From Candidatus Calditenuaceae archaeon HR02 (GTDB lineage: Archaea > Thermoproteota > Nitrososphaeria_A > Caldarchaeales > Calditenuaceae): a stretch of 64,000 nucleotides of DNA. Within the stretch, counting starts at the first letter, position 1. Each line of letters begins with the position of its first letter. A model generated the notes under the pieces. The model saw nothing but the letters and a program-made list of their open reading frames with translations. It was not told the origin of the DNA and searched no databases. The stretch is taken from positions 31,523 to 95,522 of the forward strand of contig BEHE01000005.1 of the NCBI GenBank assembly GCA_002898395.1, written 5' to 3'. A program made the position numbers and the translations under genes. Shown here piece after piece: positions 1 to 9,880 of the stretch.

Positions 1-88
1 CAGAGACGCCCCCCTCGCTAGGTATGCTGATACCTTGCCTTTTCCCTCGTCCCCCCACTGCAGACCCACTACGACTATTCCCGGCATG

Positions 89-1540
89 CTATACTATCCG
101 CTCAACGTCATGTGGTAGCGACTCGAGGTATGAGGCGTGGGTAATCTGTATGAACACTGCATTCCTCCTCAGCTCGGGAATCGTCCTCGCACCAAGGTAG
201 CTCATCCCAGACTTCAGACCATTCACCAACTGTTTTATCACGTCTGATGCTGAGCCCTTATAGTCGACGTATGCCTCAATACCCTCTGCCATATAGGAAT
301 AGTCGGCTACCTCATCGAGTGGCACATCGCCGGCCGACCTTGTCTCTCTGCTAAGCATCGCGTAGAAGGAGGCCATGCCCCTGTAGACCTTGCTCTTCCT
401 TCCGTTCCTAACAACAATGGCGCCTGGGCTCTCATCTGTCCCCGCTAGGAGCATGCCTATCATCACGGTGGAGGCTCCCCCCGCTAAGGCCTTCACCAAG
501 TCAGCCGAGCTCCTGATCCCCCCGTCAGCCATCATGGGGGCCCCTGTCCTCTCCGATGCTTCAGCACAGCTTAGGATTGCCGTGAGCTGTGGAACACCTA
601 CGCCTGCGACTATTCTCGTAGTGCATACGGCGCCAGGGCCTATGCCTACCTTTACACAGTCAGCATAGGCGGCCAGGTCCTCGAACCCCTCAGGCGTGGC
701 AACGTTCCCGGCTATTATCTCCACGTCATCACCGAGCTCTTTTCGAAGCGTCTTAAGGGCGTTTAACACGAGTTCTGTATGTCCATGCGCTACATCCACC
801 ACCAGCACGTCGGCCTCCGCCTCGACTAGGGCGCGAGCCCTCTCGAGGAAGTCTCCCTTAACACCAATAGCAGCCCCGACCATCATCCGCCCCTTAGCAT
901 CTCGCGAGGAGTGTGGGTAGAGTCCCCGAGACCTGATGTCCTTCGCCGTTATCAGACCCTTGATCCTCCAGCCCTCATCAACGATTGGGATCTTCTCGAC
1001 CTTGTGCTTCCTTATAAGCTCCACAGCCTCCTCTGTAGTTACTCCCTCGCGAGCGGCTACAAGCCTGCTCCTAGGAGTCATCACCTCATCCACGCGGGTC
1101 TCATCTCTCTCAAACATTATGTCACGCACGGTGACTATGCCATGTACCCGCCTCTCAGCGTCAACAACAATCAAGCCTGACACGCCTCTAACTTCCATCT
1201 CCCGCCGCGCCTCACCGACTGTGGACCCCAACAGTATGGTGTAGGGGTCGTCGATTACTATCCCCTCAGCTCTCTTCACCTTAAGGACCTCTGCGACCTG
1301 CTGTTTAATCGGCATGAACCTGTGTATGACGCCGAGACCTCCTTCCCTCGCCATTGCAATGGCCATCTTGCTCTCAGTAACAGTGTCCATTGCAGCTGAG
1401 ACTATCGGAATGTTGATCGTGAGCTTCCTAGTTAGCTTCGTGACCGTGGACGCCTCACTTCTTGACTTTAGCGTCGAAAACCTAGGCACCAGCAGTACAT
1501 CGTCAAACGTTAAGCCCGGGCCTTCCCAGAAGGATGCCAC
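89..1540 (-). CDS. guaB: Inosine-5'-monophosphate dehydrogenase with CBS pair
   Basis: LTFDDVLLVP, SAAMDTVTE, catalytic GIGPGAVCTTR, DGGI, YRGM motifs. Confidence 0.97.
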   Translation of the reverse strand: MASFWEGPGLTFDDVLLVPRFSTLKSRSEASTVTKLTRKLTINIPIVSAAMDTVTESKMAIAMAREGGLGVIHRFMPIKQQVAEVLKVKRAEGIVIDDPYTILLGSTVGEARREMEVRGVSGLIVVDAERRVHGIVTVRDIMFERDETRVDEVMTPRSRLVAAREGVTTEEAVELIRKHKVEKIPIVDEGWRIKGLITAKDIRSRGLYPHSSRDAKGRMMVGAAIGVKGDFLERARALVEAEADVLVVDVAHGHTELVLNALKTLRKELGDDVEIIAGNVATPEGFEDLAAYADCVKVGIGPGAVCTTRIVAGVGVPQLTAILSCAEASERTGAPMMADGGIRSSADLVKALAGGASTVMIGMLLAGTDESPGAIVVRNGRKSKVYRGMASFYAMLSRETRSAGDVPLDEVADYSYMAEGIEAYVDYKGSASDVIKQLVNGLKSGMSYLGARTIPELRRNAVFIQITHASYLESLPHDVERIV

Positions 1541-1650
1541 CTAATCCCTTCAGATTGAGGCGGCTCGCCACGCTTTAAATATTTTCACCCGCACTATGTG
1601 CTAGCCCGTCGCCCCCGGTTATAAGTCAGCCCTCCAGTGGATAGAGGGGG

Positions 1651-2268
1651 TTGAGGAGCAGGGTTAAGGGTGTTGTCGCTGTCCTGCTGAGGGACAATGC
1701 GAAGGCGTCAAAGGTGCTGGAGGCTTTTCGGCGTCTCGACATCCAGGCCATCTGGGTCACGGCCCCGGAAGAGATTCCACTCACAGTGAAGGTGGTAGTA
1801 GCCAGTATGGAGGAAGGACTGGCCATACCCGCTCATCTGAAAATACTCTACGTAGAGGACTATCGCTCACATGACTGCATCGCCCTACAAGCGGCCTCTA
1901 GCCTCGGGCCCAACAGGCCGCAAACATCTCTCGACGTCGCAATAGACCCTGGCCGGAGATTAGGCGTGGTCTACGTGGTGGATGGCTACGTGGTGAAGAC
2001 CCACACCTACCCTAGCATAGATGCCTTTGAGGAGGACTGTAGGATGGCTGTTGAATGCCTAGGGAATGGTAGGCGCCTCGCCTTCTACATTGGATACAGG
2101 CCCGAAGCACTAACTCACGAGCTCGTAGCAAGGCTCAAAAAACACTACCCCACAGCCACCATACTCGTTTTACCCGACGACGGGACAGGGCCAGAGTTTA
2201 AGGGCCTAAGTCCAGATGAAGAATCAGCGCTCAAGATTTATTTCAAGGCAACCTCTGAGAATATCTGA
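1651..2268 (+). CDS. Hypothetical protein with RNase H-like (YqgF-type) C-terminal half
   Basis: 205 aa ORF divergent from guaB; VAIDPGRRLGVV resembles the first strand motif of RNase H-fold proteins. Confidence 0.6.
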   Translation: MRSRVKGVVAVLLRDNAKASKVLEAFRRLDIQAIWVTAPEEIPLTVKVVVASMEEGLAIPAHLKILYVEDYRSHDCIALQAASSLGPNRPQTSLDVAIDPGRRLGVVYVVDGYVVKTHTYPSIDAFEEDCRMAVECLGNGRRLAFYIGYRPEALTHELVARLKKHYPTATILVLPDDGTGPEFKGLSPDEESALKIYFKATSENI

Positions 2269-2313
2269 AGGCGGGCGCCTTACCCTTAACCCTCTCCCGG
2301 GTCGATTAGATGG

Positions 2314-2406
2314 GCGGCCGTGGTCTAGCCAGGTATGACGGCGGGGCCCCGAGCCATGGGCGACGGGTACGCCCGCAAGTCCCGGGTTCAAATCCCGGCG
2401 GCCGCA
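2314..2406 (+). tRNA. tRNA-Gly (anticodon CCC inferred) with a 19-nt intron at 37/38 (2352-2370); atypical anticodon loop
   Basis: Acceptor GCGGCCG/CGGCCGC-A typical of archaeal tRNA-Gly; D arm GTCTAGCCAGGTATGAC; anticodon stem GCGGG/CCCGC; T arm CCGGG-TTCAAAT-CCCGG; BHB helix GCCC/GGGT with bulges CGA and ACG. Confidence 0.8.
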
Positions 2407-2425
2407 ATTTTAATAATTATGGCCT

Positions 2426-2890
2426 TTTCAATGTGGCAAGTGTGAAGGGATAAAGGGGGAGGGGACAGGTTTTCGTCTGAGCTTCATCATATTCCCGCCG
2501 ATACCTATCTGTAACTTATCACAAATCTCCCACCAGTTCTTCCTTTCTCTTATTTCATCCATGCAATGCCTATCTTCCTTATTGAGAATTCGATGAGACG
2601 CTTTTCCCAGGTATAGGTGTTCTGGCGTAATCGAGGAACTTCTGATAGTCCTCTCGATGGACGACATAGAATAAAAACCCTTCTTAGATTCTACCCACAT
2701 CCATCTCCTCAATGCCATTGTTCGCTATCCTTCATAGCCATTAGTATTAGTTGACTAGTCCTTATCCCTAGCCCAGCAAGAAGTTTTCTGATGTATTCGA
2801 GTAATTCGACATCGGTGTTCGTGTAGGCTGGCATCAATCCTACTCCACCACCATCGAAGAATCCTCTTCGGAATCCCAGTCTCGCATCGG
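2426..2890 (-). pseudogene. Frameshifted remnant of a LAGLIDADG-type endonuclease gene, convergent with tRNA-Gly
   Basis: Translates GFRRGFFDGGG...YTNTDVELLEYIRKLLAGLGIRTS (LAGLIDADG helix plus NTD..LL...LGI pattern), then after frame changes WVESKK, HREDYQKFL and DEIRERKNWWEICDKL; DNA is similar to 46909-47214 and 63726-64000. Confidence 0.8.
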
Positions 2891-2892
2891 GG

Positions 2893-3036
2893 TTGGAGAG
2901 ATGCCTCCCCGCCGCTCGTAGTGGCACGTATGGTAGGTGATTTAAATACCCCTCAAAATGCCAACAATACATAAACACAGAGCAAGCCAGATGCCCTAGA
3001 TGCAACACAAAACAAAGAAACAAGGCAAGAAGATAA
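2893..3036 (+). repeat. Dispersed repeat copy 1: degenerate zinc-finger microgene
   Basis: Reads MERCLPAARSGTYGR*FKYPSKCQQYINTEQARCPRCNTKQRNKARR*; reverse complement aligns with 17260-17397 and 34168-34302. Confidence 0.8.
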
Positions 3037-3136
3037 TGGATGTTGGGAGGGAGTGGTGTGGAAAATTAGGCAGAATCAGGGTGATGGGAAAGGTAATTAG
3101 CAGCGTCTATCTCCATTCACCTCGGTGTAGGAAGGG

Positions 3137-3523
3137 TTGGGGAGGAAAAGGAGGAAGATAATACGTAGAACGGCCAGGGCTCCTCCGAAGGTTTTTGCAT
3201 GCCCTCTTTGCGGGGCCCAGGCCGTCACTGTTACCCAGGTCATGAGGTTCAGAGCAGTAGTTTCGTGCGGCAAGTGCGGCGTTAGCCATGAAGTTCCTTG
3301 GCTGAAGAGCTACATGCCCGTCGACGCATATTCAACCTGGTACGACATTGTAACAGGCCGTGTCAGCCCTGAGAAGGTTAGGGAGAAGATAGAGAGGTTG
3401 GAGGCCGTAGAGGTTGAGGCGCTTCAGTCAGAATCAGGCGAGCCCGTTGAGGTAGTAGAGGAGGGTGACGAGCTCGGAGCCGCTGACTCTGGCGGGAGTG
3501 GTGTGGAAAACAGGGAGTCATGA
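3137..3523 (+). CDS. elf1: Transcription elongation factor Elf1 with acidic C-terminal extension
   Basis: MGRKRRK N-terminus, FACPLCG...CGKCG zinc ribbon, PVDAYSTWYD motif. Confidence 0.9.
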   Translation: MGRKRRKIIRRTARAPPKVFACPLCGAQAVTVTQVMRFRAVVSCGKCGVSHEVPWLKSYMPVDAYSTWYDIVTGRVSPEKVREKIERLEAVEVEALQSESGEPVEVVEEGDELGAADSGGSGVENRES

Positions 3524-4329
3524 GCCACGGCGAGATTGGATTCAGGATAGGAAAGACTGAGAACTACCTGATAAACAAGCTGAGAGAGAAGGGATTCGTG
3601 CATCTGACCCTCTTCGATCCAGAGGTACTAGATACGAAGAACTTGGCAAGAGTCGCCGAGAGGTCGGAGGAGTTGGGTACGGATGGGTTCATGGTGGGCG
3701 GCTCGACAGTATACTTTAAAGAGATGATGGATGAAGCGATAAAGGCGATAAAGTCTGTATCCAATCTGCCGGTGATAATTTTCCCGAGCAACATTACATC
3801 CCTTAGCCCTTACGCAGACGCGGTCTTCTACATGTCGCTACTCAACTCATTGGAGTGGTGGTTTATCCTTGGAGCACAGATCCACGGCTCCTTCATGGTT
3901 AAGGAATATCGACTTGAGCCAATACCTGTTGGATATGTTGTGATTAAGGGTGAGACAAGTGTTGCCACTGTGGGGCGGGCTTTTCCCCTCCCCGAGAATA
4001 AGCCCAACATAGTTGCGAGCTATGCGCTTGCAGCCCAGATGCTGGGTATGCGGCTAATCTATCTGGAGGCAGGGTCCGGAGCAGAGTCCCCAATACCCCC
4101 AGACCTCATCCGTGTTGTTAGGAAGACAGTTGATATACCTTTAATCGTGGGCGGCGGTATAAGGTCCGGCCAAGCAGCGGCACAGGCCATCCGGGCTGGA
4201 GCAGACATCATTGTAACTGGCACCTTAGCCGAGCACGACCCACAAAAGCTGGCCGAGGTGGTAGAATACTCCAGAGAAGCGGCTAGGGAAAGGGCTCCGG
4301 CCCTATCAAGATATATCGGTGCGCGATAG
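3520..4329 (+). CDS. Geranylgeranylglyceryl phosphate synthase
   Basis: HLTLFDP, MVGGST, IYLEAGSGA, VGGGIRS, IVTGT motifs; ATGA overlap with elf1. Confidence 0.93.
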   Translation: MSHGEIGFRIGKTENYLINKLREKGFVHLTLFDPEVLDTKNLARVAERSEELGTDGFMVGGSTVYFKEMMDEAIKAIKSVSNLPVIIFPSNITSLSPYADAVFYMSLLNSLEWWFILGAQIHGSFMVKEYRLEPIPVGYVVIKGETSVATVGRAFPLPENKPNIVASYALAAQMLGMRLIYLEAGSGAESPIPPDLIRVVRKTVDIPLIVGGGIRSGQAAAQAIRAGADIIVTGTLAEHDPQKLAEVVEYSREAARERAPALSRYIGAR

Positions 4330-4386
4330 TAGCCTGTAAAGCTCAGCCTTCTTTATAACTAACCTCCCACTAAGGCCTCTAGGTAG

Positions 4387-7300
4387 TTGGGGGAGGAAAG
4401 AAGCTCATACCTCTCCGAGATAATGGAGAGGGTGAAGAGGGAGTACGAGGTTGCAAGGGAGTTTAGGCGAAGGGTTCAGCAACCGACAGGTGACGTTGAG
4501 GTCAAGATAGCCTATGACATGGCTGAGAGGATTGAGCTTCTTGTAGGGCCTCCAGGTGTAGCGGCCATCATAAGAGAGCTTAAACAGGGATGCGACCCAG
4601 AGATAGTACCCTTCCGCCTCATAGATCGCCTATACAGCGACTCAAGAGAGCCTGACCCATCCAAGCTCACCCAGATCCTCCGCGCCGCACTGGCTATGAT
4701 GACGCCTCCCGGAACAACAGCCGCACCCAACGAGGGCATAGTCGGCGTAAAAATAAAGCAGAACAACGACGGCACAAGCTACATGGCTGTCTACTACGCG
4801 GGCCCTATAAGGTCAGCTGGAGGCACTGAGATTGCAGGCTCAGTCGTCCTGGCCGATTACTTGAGGAAGGTGGCGGGGCTCTCACCCTACAGGGCAACAG
4901 AGGAGGAGGTGATGCGTTTCATCGAAGAGATCCGGACCTACAGGAGAAAGGTCGGTAATTTTCAGTACAATGTGCCGGAGGACGTTTTACGATATGTTCT
5001 CCACAGGCTTCCGATAGAGATCACAGGTATTGCGACTGACAACATTCCCGTTTCAAGCTTTAGAGACTTGAATAGGGTTGAAACTCCCTATCTTAGAGGT
5101 GGAGCCCTTAGGGTTGTCAACGACGGCGTTGTGGGTAGGGCCAGAAAGCTCTTGAGGTTGATCGAGACGGCTGGGCTTGAGGGCTGGGAGTGGCTCCGTG
5201 CAGTTCCTGAGATGCTGAAAAAATATGCGCCAGCCCGGAGAGGATCTGTGATCGAGGAGGTGGTTGGGGGAAGGCCCGTGCTCTCCATGGGAAACATGTT
5301 CGGGGGATTCCGCCTACGGTACGGCCGAGCCCCCAACACCTCAATGGCAGCGCTCGGCATCCATCCCTACACCATGAAGATTCTGAAGGGCTACGTTGCG
5401 ATAGGGACCCAGCTGAAGACGGACTATCCTGGGAAGGGCGGGGTAGCGATGGCAGTTTCAACCATCGAGCCACCCATAGTCATGCTTTCCGACACTTCTG
5501 TGATAAGGGTGGATTCGGAGCAGAAGCTTGCAGAGGCGGAAGAGAGGCTCAGCAAGGTCCTATTCAACGGGGACATACTAGTCAGCTTCGGCGACTGTGT
5601 GGAGAACAATGTAAGGCTACAACCGCCGGGATACTGTGAAGAGTATTGGGTGGAGGAGATAGTATCGAATCAGGGCTGGATGGATATCCTCTCGAAAGAC
5701 GAAGTAGTTGAGGTTGAGAGGGTCTTGGCAGACCCTTTCACCTACACCCCTAAAGTTGAGGAGGCGTGTAAAATCAGCGCGAAACTGGGCGTCCCAATCC
5801 ACCCAAGATACATGCCCTTCTGGGACATGTCCACAGGGGGAGACATCGAAGTCCTCAGACGTTGGCTAAGAACCGCTATCCAATCGTCGGCGAGAAGCTC
5901 AGGCTACTTCCAACTACCCATAGACAGCAACGCCAAGAGAATTCTAGAATCAATGCTCATAGAGCACAGGATCCAAGGTAACAGGATCCAAGTCTCAAAG
6001 GAATGGGTCAAGGCGCTAATCTTCCTATTCAGACCCTTCAAGGACATTGACGTCTCAGGCATGAGTTTGGGCGAGGCTGTTGAGAGACTTTCAGGGACTC
6101 CATACCGCCCACGGATGGGTACCGTTCTCACTGTGAGGGTTGGCCGGCCAGAGAAGGCTAGGCAGAGGCGCTTGAAACCCCCGGTACACCTCCTTTATCC
6201 CCTAGGATTAGCTGGCGGTGCAATGCGCGACGTAGTGAAGGCTGCTGAGCACGAAAACCTATCCCTAGAACTAGTATCACGGATATGTATGACCTGTGGT
6301 GAAAGGACTTGGCGCGGCGTCTGCAGCAGGTGTGAGAAACCTACTGTGCCGGTGGCCGACTGTGACCAGTGTGGTTCTGAGTACATGGAGCCTGAGGGAA
6401 AGGTTTGTCCCCGATGTGGACACACCCTAAAAGCCTCAAGGAAGTGGGTGGTGGACCTAAAGGAGGAGCTCCGGAGAGCGGAGGGCGTGGCGAGGGCTTC
6501 AGTAAAAATGTTGAAGGGTGTTAAGAAGCTGACAAGCTGGTCTAAACAGCCAGAAGACCTAGTGAAGGGCATTCTGCGTGCTTGGCAGGGACTCTATGTC
6601 TACAAGGACGGGACAATTAGGTTTGATAGCACAAACGCACCTCTGACACACTTCACTCCTAACCAGATTGGAGTTGAGCCGGCAAAACTGCGTGCCCTAG
6701 GATATGCCTCTGACATTAACGGTGAACCACTCCGCAGCCCCGACCAGCTCCTTGAGCTGAAGATCCAGGATATAGTGATACCCTCTGAGCTAGCGGCTCA
6801 CCTCTACAAGACATCCAAGTTCATCGACAGACTCCTAGCCTGTGTAGGTCTACCAGAATACTACAGATTCAGCTCGCTTAGTGATGTCATCGGTACTCTG
6901 GTCGCCACGCTTTCCCCCCATACATATGGGGCGGTGGTCTGCAGGGTGATTGGCATAACAGGTGCGAGGGTAGTGTATGCGCACCCCCTCCTACACGCCG
7001 CGAAGCGGCGAGACTGTGACGGGGACGAGGACAGCGTCATGCTCCTACTCGACGTATTCATGAACTTTAGTAGAAAATATCTGCCTGACAAGATTGGGGG
7101 GATGATGGATACGCCACTTCTCCTCAACGTGATAGTAGACCCTAGGGAGGTTGACGAGCAATCTCATAATGTTGAAGTCGTCACTAGATTCCCCCTAGAA
7201 TTCTACCAGGCGGCTGTGCGTGGCGAGCCTGCGGTTCAGCTGGTTGATAGGATTCGACTTCTCAAGGAGCTGGTCAGTATGGGTCCTAATTTAAGAGGGA

Positions 7301-7776
7301 TAAAGTGCATGCGCCACATATCCGTTCTCCAAGGATTCGTGAATAAGTCCACATACACTAAAAAGAGCACCATGATTGAGAGGGTTACAGCACAGCTAGA
7401 ACTATGTAACATGTTAAGCGCTGTGGACCCCAGGCTCGTTGCAGAGAGGGTTATGGCTCATCACGTTCTCCCCGACATTATAGGGAACCTGCGCACATAT
7501 TTCTCACAGTCCTACAGGTGTAAGAGGTGTGGAACTCGTTACAGAAGAATACTCTTGAGGGGTGTCTGCAGGATCTGTGGTGGAGAGCTGAGCCAAACGG
7601 TGTATAGGGGAGCTGTAGAGAAGTATGTTGAACTCGCAACACTCTTGTTGGAGGAGTATATTGAAAATCCGTACTTGAGGGAGGGGTCTATCAACGCTAT
7701 TGAGAACATACAGTCTGTCTTTAAGCAAGCACCTGCAAGAAGCCCTCGCCAACTCTCGCTAAAGAGGTATATGTGA
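4387..7776 (+). CDS. polC: DNA polymerase D large subunit (DP2), no intein seen
   Basis: YAGPIRSAGGT, GGFRLRYGR, GRPEKA, KDGTIRFD, catalytic HAAKRRDCDGDED, C-terminal Zn fingers. Confidence 0.97.
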   Translation: MGEERSSYLSEIMERVKREYEVAREFRRRVQQPTGDVEVKIAYDMAERIELLVGPPGVAAIIRELKQGCDPEIVPFRLIDRLYSDSREPDPSKLTQILRAALAMMTPPGTTAAPNEGIVGVKIKQNNDGTSYMAVYYAGPIRSAGGTEIAGSVVLADYLRKVAGLSPYRATEEEVMRFIEEIRTYRRKVGNFQYNVPEDVLRYVLHRLPIEITGIATDNIPVSSFRDLNRVETPYLRGGALRVVNDGVVGRARKLLRLIETAGLEGWEWLRAVPEMLKKYAPARRGSVIEEVVGGRPVLSMGNMFGGFRLRYGRAPNTSMAALGIHPYTMKILKGYVAIGTQLKTDYPGKGGVAMAVSTIEPPIVMLSDTSVIRVDSEQKLAEAEERLSKVLFNGDILVSFGDCVENNVRLQPPGYCEEYWVEEIVSNQGWMDILSKDEVVEVERVLADPFTYTPKVEEACKISAKLGVPIHPRYMPFWDMSTGGDIEVLRRWLRTAIQSSARSSGYFQLPIDSNAKRILESMLIEHRIQGNRIQVSKEWVKALIFLFRPFKDIDVSGMSLGEAVERLSGTPYRPRMGTVLTVRVGRPEKARQRRLKPPVHLLYPLGLAGGAMRDVVKAAEHENLSLELVSRICMTCGERTWRGVCSRCEKPTVPVADCDQCGSEYMEPEGKVCPRCGHTLKASRKWVVDLKEELRRAEGVARASVKMLKGVKKLTSWSKQPEDLVKGILRAWQGLYVYKDGTIRFDSTNAPLTHFTPNQIGVEPAKLRALGYASDINGEPLRSPDQLLELKIQDIVIPSELAAHLYKTSKFIDRLLACVGLPEYYRFSSLSDVIGTLVATLSPHTYGAVVCRVIGITGARVVYAHPLLHAAKRRDCDGDEDSVMLLLDVFMNFSRKYLPDKIGGMMDTPLLLNVIVDPREVDEQSHNVEVVTRFPLEFYQAAVRGEPAVQLVDRIRLLKELVSMGPNLRGIKCMRHISVLQGFVNKSTYTKKSTMIERVTAQLELCNMLSAVDPRLVAERVMAHHVLPDIIGNLRTYFSQSYRCKRCGTRYRRILLRGVCRICGGELSQTVYRGAVEKYVELATLLLEEYIENPYLREGSINAIENIQSVFKQAPARSPRQLSLKRYM

Positions 7777-7781
7777 GGGGG

Positions 7782-8108
7782 TTAGACGGTCCTCCTTAAA
7801 ACGCTCTGCGACTTCTCTTCATGCCTTAAAACCTCCAACTCCCTTCTTACAGCAGATCTAAACAAGAGTGCACCGGTAAATCCAATTACAGCCCCTATGA
7901 AAGCCGTAAGAAGATGGAGGGGGAAATTGGCGAATACCTCCCATCCTAAGGGATCATTATGCTTATTCTCAATAACGAGTAGGAAAAGCACGGTAGGAAC
8001 GATGTTTATAGCCACTCCTACTAGTGCGACGACTAGGGCGATGCGTGCCCTCCTGCTTAGGGTGACAGGGGGTCTCTCGGTCAACTTGGCGGCATACCTA
8101 ACAATCAA
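7782..8108 (-). CDS. Small hypothetical membrane protein (two TM helices)
   Basis: Two hydrophobic stretches; fills the gap convergent with polC. Confidence 0.6.
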   Translation of the reverse strand: MIVRYAAKLTERPPVTLSRRARIALVVALVGVAINIVPTVLFLLVIENKHNDPLGWEVFANFPLHLLTAFIGAVIGFTGALLFRSAVRRELEVLRHEEKSQSVLRRTV

Positions 8109-8318
8109 GCATCATATATCTTTTTTGCCACACTGGAGCAGGCTCCCCAATACATACTGCTACGCGTAACACTACACTCATCCAATCCTGTAACCTACAA
8201 AGCCCTACACCGATACCGCCGAGCTTTCTAAACTTTCCGTCGGACTAGCCTCCTAACACAGTGTAGCGACAATTCGGAGTCAGACTTTTATTTGGGTCTA
8301 GCAATACTTTACTGGGTC

Positions 8319-8564
8319 TTGAGCACTGCGACGGGAGTTAGACCGCTCAGTCTCATAATGAACAGCTTCAGCAAGCAGGTTCGGGTAATGCTGAAGAACG
8401 ATATATCCTATGTTGGAACACTCGTGGAGGCTGATAACTACATGAACCTCGTCATAAACCGCGGGGTTGAATATCAAAACGACGTAAAAAAGGCGAGTTA
8501 CCCCTACATATTGGTGAGGGGGAATAACGTGCTATACATACAGCTTGACTATACTGAAGAATAG
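8319..8564 (+). CDS. Sm-like (LSm/SmAP) RNA-binding protein
   Basis: Sm1 GTLVEADNYMNLVI and Sm2 ILVRGNNV motifs; TTG start at 8319 chosen, start uncertain. Confidence 0.9.
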   Translation: MSTATGVRPLSLIMNSFSKQVRVMLKNDISYVGTLVEADNYMNLVINRGVEYQNDVKKASYPYILVRGNNVLYIQLDYTEE

Positions 8565-8613
8565 GAAAGCGCTTGTGGAGCCACTAATTCAACGGTGTGA
8601 TGGGGGGGTTCCT

Positions 8614-8621
8614 TTTAAATA
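8614..8621 (+). promoter_or_regulatory. TATA box of mat (probably leaderless transcript)
   Basis: TTTAAATA about 24 nt before the ATG at 8645. Confidence 0.55.
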
Positions 8622-8644
8622 TAGGCTTTACAGTCGGCTAATCG

Positions 8645-9880
8645 ATGCTGAAGACATCGGTCGTGTTTGAAAGGATTAAGGGTTTACCTACGGGCAAGCA
8701 GTACGTCGAGATTGTTGAGAGAAAGGGGCTAGGCCATCCAGACTACATTATAGACTCGGTATGCGAGGCCGCCAGTGTAGCACTCTCGAAATACTACTTG
8801 GAGAACTTTGGCAAGATATACCACCACAACTTGGACAAGGGACTGCTCGTTGGTGGCAAAGCTACACCTGTGTTTGGAGGCGGAACACTAGACGAGCCCA
8901 TATACATCATAATAGCGGGCAGGGCGACAACCTTCATAAAGACGCCAACCAACAGGTACGTAGTTCCAGTGGATGAATTGCTTAAAGAGGCCATTAGATC
9001 GTTTATCAAAAACAACTTCAGGTTCCTTGACCCGGACAAGCACATAGTCTCGGATAGCAGGATAAGGCCTGGAAGCGCTGACCTGGTGAGGATAGTGGAG
9101 TATGATAAGGGTGCAGCGCCTCTCTCCAACGATACCTCTTTTGGAGTCGGCTACGCCCCATTTACAACTCTTGAAAAGATAGTGTACAGTGTGGAGAGGG
9201 AGATTAACAGCCCCTCATTCAAGAAGACGTTGAAGGAGAGTGGTGAAGACTGTAAAGTGATGGGTCTGAGGAAGGGGGACAAAATCCATCTAACCATAGC
9301 TGACGGTATAGTTTCTCACCTCACACCAGACCTAGACCACTACATCTCAGTCAAGGAGGAGATAAGAGATAGGGTACTCGATCTGGCGGTCAAGATGTCA
9401 GACGGCATGGATGTGGTGGTAGATGTAAACACGGGGGACATGATCAATCTTGAGAGGCGGGAGGAGAGTAGTGTTTACTTGACCGTTACAGGCACTTCTG
9501 CAGAGCATGGAGATGATGGGAACACGGGGCGAGGTAACAGGGCCTCTGGATTAATCACCCCCTGTAGACAGATGTCACTCGAGGCTACGGCTGGAAAAAA
9601 CCCGGTCTCCCACGTGGGCAAAATATACAACGTGGCAGCGTACAAGATCGCCGACAAGATCTACAGCGAGTGCAACGTGTTCGACGAGGTTTACGTCAAA
9701 CTTTTAGCTCAGATTGGGCGAAGGATTGACAGGCCGCTCATGACATCCATTCAATACATCTCGAGTGAGAAGATCACTTCAAACGTGAGGAACGAGGTGA
9801 AGGAGATAGTCAACTACGAGCTGAAAAATATTACGAGGCTGACTGACCTGATTCTGCGAGGTGAGGTCCGCCTCTTCTAG
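8645..9880 (+). CDS. mat: Archaeal S-adenosylmethionine synthetase
   Basis: [50 protein letters not shown]. Confidence 0.96.
   Translation: MLKTSVVFERIKGLPTGKQYVEIVERKGLGHPDYIIDSVCEAASVALSKYYLENFGKIYHHNLDKGLLVGGKATPVFGGGTLDEPIYIIIAGRATTFIKTPTNRYVVPVDELLKEAIRSFIKNNFRFLDPDKHIVSDSRIRPGSADLVRIVEYDKGAAPLSNDTSFGVGYAPFTTLEKIVYSVEREINSPSFKKTLKESGEDCKVMGLRKGDKIHLTIADGIVSHLTPDLDHYISVKEEIRDRVLDLAVKMSDGMDVVVDVNTGDMINLERREESSVYLTVTGTSAEHGDDGNTGRGNRASGLITPCRQMSLEATAGKNPVSHVGKIYNVAAYKIADKIYSECNVFDEVYVKLLAQIGRRIDRPLMTSIQYISSEKITSNVRNEVKEIVNYELKNITRLTDLILRGEVRLF

Noticed and set aside
2314-2900. Integrase-type att duplication at the tRNA genes
   Set aside because: No second copy of any tRNA 3' end and no tyrosine recombinase found in the window.
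2709-3023. Listed 104-aa ORF as a real gene
   Set aside because: It is a chimera of the antisense zinc-finger repeat and the LAGLIDADG remnant. The similar ORFs at 33995-34378 and 17110-17334 also run through the same repeat.
4387-7776. Intein in PolD as the source of the LAGLIDADG fragments
   Set aside because: The DP2 sequence runs continuously through HAAKRRDCDGDED at normal length, with no splice motifs seen.
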